This document shows positions 63,515 to 64,000 of a stretch of 64,000 bases of DNA, piece by piece (the stretch's first letter is position 1; every line of letters starts with the position of its first letter). The DNA is from Bacteroidia bacterium (GTDB taxonomy: Bacteria > Bacteroidota > Bacteroidia > Bacteroidales > Prolixibacteraceae). The stretch is taken from positions 18,629 through 82,628 of the forward strand of contig JANYKW010000089.1 in assembly GCA_025358025.1 (NCBI GenBank), written 5' to 3'. The notes under the pieces were generated by a model. The model made no database searches. It was not told where the DNA came from and was given only the letters and a program-made list of their open reading frames with translations. The position numbers were made by a program, and so were the translations under genes.

Positions 63515-64000
63515 TCAATTCTTTACACATCGGACAGAAAAACCCTTAATCTTTTGATTGCCAGAATTCGAGGCAATCCCATTATCGTAACTCAATCCCA
63601 AAGCCCAGGGGCTACCGATACTAATTTCTGAAGAGCTCCACCAAAAGGATTGATTACCAATATTGTAGAAGGCAGCTGAAGAGCATGAACATCTATAACC
63701 TCCGGGAAGTCCGGTAAAATCACTGCTGTTGGTCGCGCTGAAATTTGGATTTAACCAGTGTGTGGTTCCTGCTTCTTTCATCTTCCCTCCTGCAACGCTT
63801 TCGCCACCTAAACAGGTTACTGAAGCAACCCATTCGGTACTTGCAGGTACATGCCACCCTTGCGGAGCCAAACCTCTGAGATCATTTACCGCATACCAGT
63901 TGTACAATTTGCCATAAATTGCCCCATTCGCCGGGTCATTATTGTAATAACACCAGGCTCCGGTCGTTAAACCGGTCCATTGTGCCGGGTTTGAAACCTC
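63515..64000 (-). CDS. FISUMP (Fibrobacter succinogenes major paralogous, TIGR02145-like) domain protein; 5' end lies beyond the window
   Basis: YNWYAV...LAPQGWHVPS-type motif (here GWHVPASTEW), GGKMKE, GLPGGYR and GFSVRCVK. Hand translation of 63908-64000 continues the open frame as ...PAQWTGLTTGAWCYYNNDPANGAIYGKLYNWY, so the gene extends upstream of the track's start. Confidence 0.8.
   Translation of the reverse strand, partial: EVSNPAQWTGLTTGAWCYYNNDPANGAIYGKLYNWYAVNDLRGLAPQGWHVPASTEWVASVTCLGGESVAGGKMKEAGTTHWLNPNFSATNSSDFTGLPGGYRCSCSSAAFYNIGNQSFWWSSSEISIGSPWALGLSYDNGIASNSGNQKIKGFSVRCVKN

Noticed and set aside
1-64000. Mobile elements, defence islands, and tRNA or rRNA genes
   Set aside because: No transposase, integrase, recombinase, restriction, helicase-nuclease or toxin-antitoxin-like ORFs were recognised. 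No intergenic segment has the GC-rich cloverleaf look of a tRNA. tRNAscan/Infernal and defence-system HMM scans would be needed to confirm this.

Overview
This 64-kb window is a gene-dense chromosomal segment that reads as Bacteroidota. The evidence is T9SS type-B sorting domains, an S46 dipeptidyl-peptidase, a FISUMP-domain protein, TAnnTTTG-type -7 boxes, no Shine-Dalgarno sequences, and many 4-nt ATGA gene overlaps. I found no rRNA, tRNA, CRISPR array, transposase, integrase, prophage or recognisable defence genes.

Content in order:
- 1-10.5 kb: three tandem giant T9SS type-B surface-protein paralogues. The first is cut by the window edge and is missing from the ORF track.
- 10.6-16.2 kb: housekeeping genes yggS, an OM beta-barrel protein, DUF1015, serC and gcvT.
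- 16.4-23.1 kb: a signalling/lipid block. It holds a stand-alone Hpt coupled to an acyltransferase-ACP-acyl-AMP-ligase fusion, a receiver-domain PPDK_N-like ATP-grasp protein, and a decayed histidine-kinase fragment.
- 23.1-33.1 kb: a six-gene operon joining a 2-oxoacid dehydrogenase complex (E2, E3, fused E1 alpha/beta) to PHP-like, SDR and MDR enzymes. A divergent GntR/HutC regulator with two candidate operators sits upstream.
- 33.2-38.5 kb: RidA, a PAP2 phosphatase, obg, an acyl-ACP thioesterase and a cation:proton antiporter.
- 38.7-44.2 kb: a MacB/FtsX-type efflux operon with two adaptor paralogues and a TolC-like protein but no ATPase.
- 44.3-48.2 kb: M28 and S46 peptidases.
- 48.3-61.8 kb: an accessory-looking locus with two TAT-exported Gfo/Idh/MocA oxidoreductases, two DUF6807 domains (one fused to ThuA), a xylose-isomerase-fold protein, URO-D-like and amidohydrolase proteins, a secreted FAD oxidoreductase and a GH16.

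Best candidates for new biology:
- The 48-62 kb locus, as a possible periplasmic oxidative (3-keto) glycoside-processing system with a repeated DUF6807 plus oxidoreductase module.
- The Hpt/Aas-like/receiver-kinase block.
- A family of short-period tandem repeats (7-10 bp, plus a hierarchical 7/42-bp array) in intergenic leaders. These also create false N-terminal extensions in the ORF track.

All functional calls rest on motifs read by eye. No searches were run.
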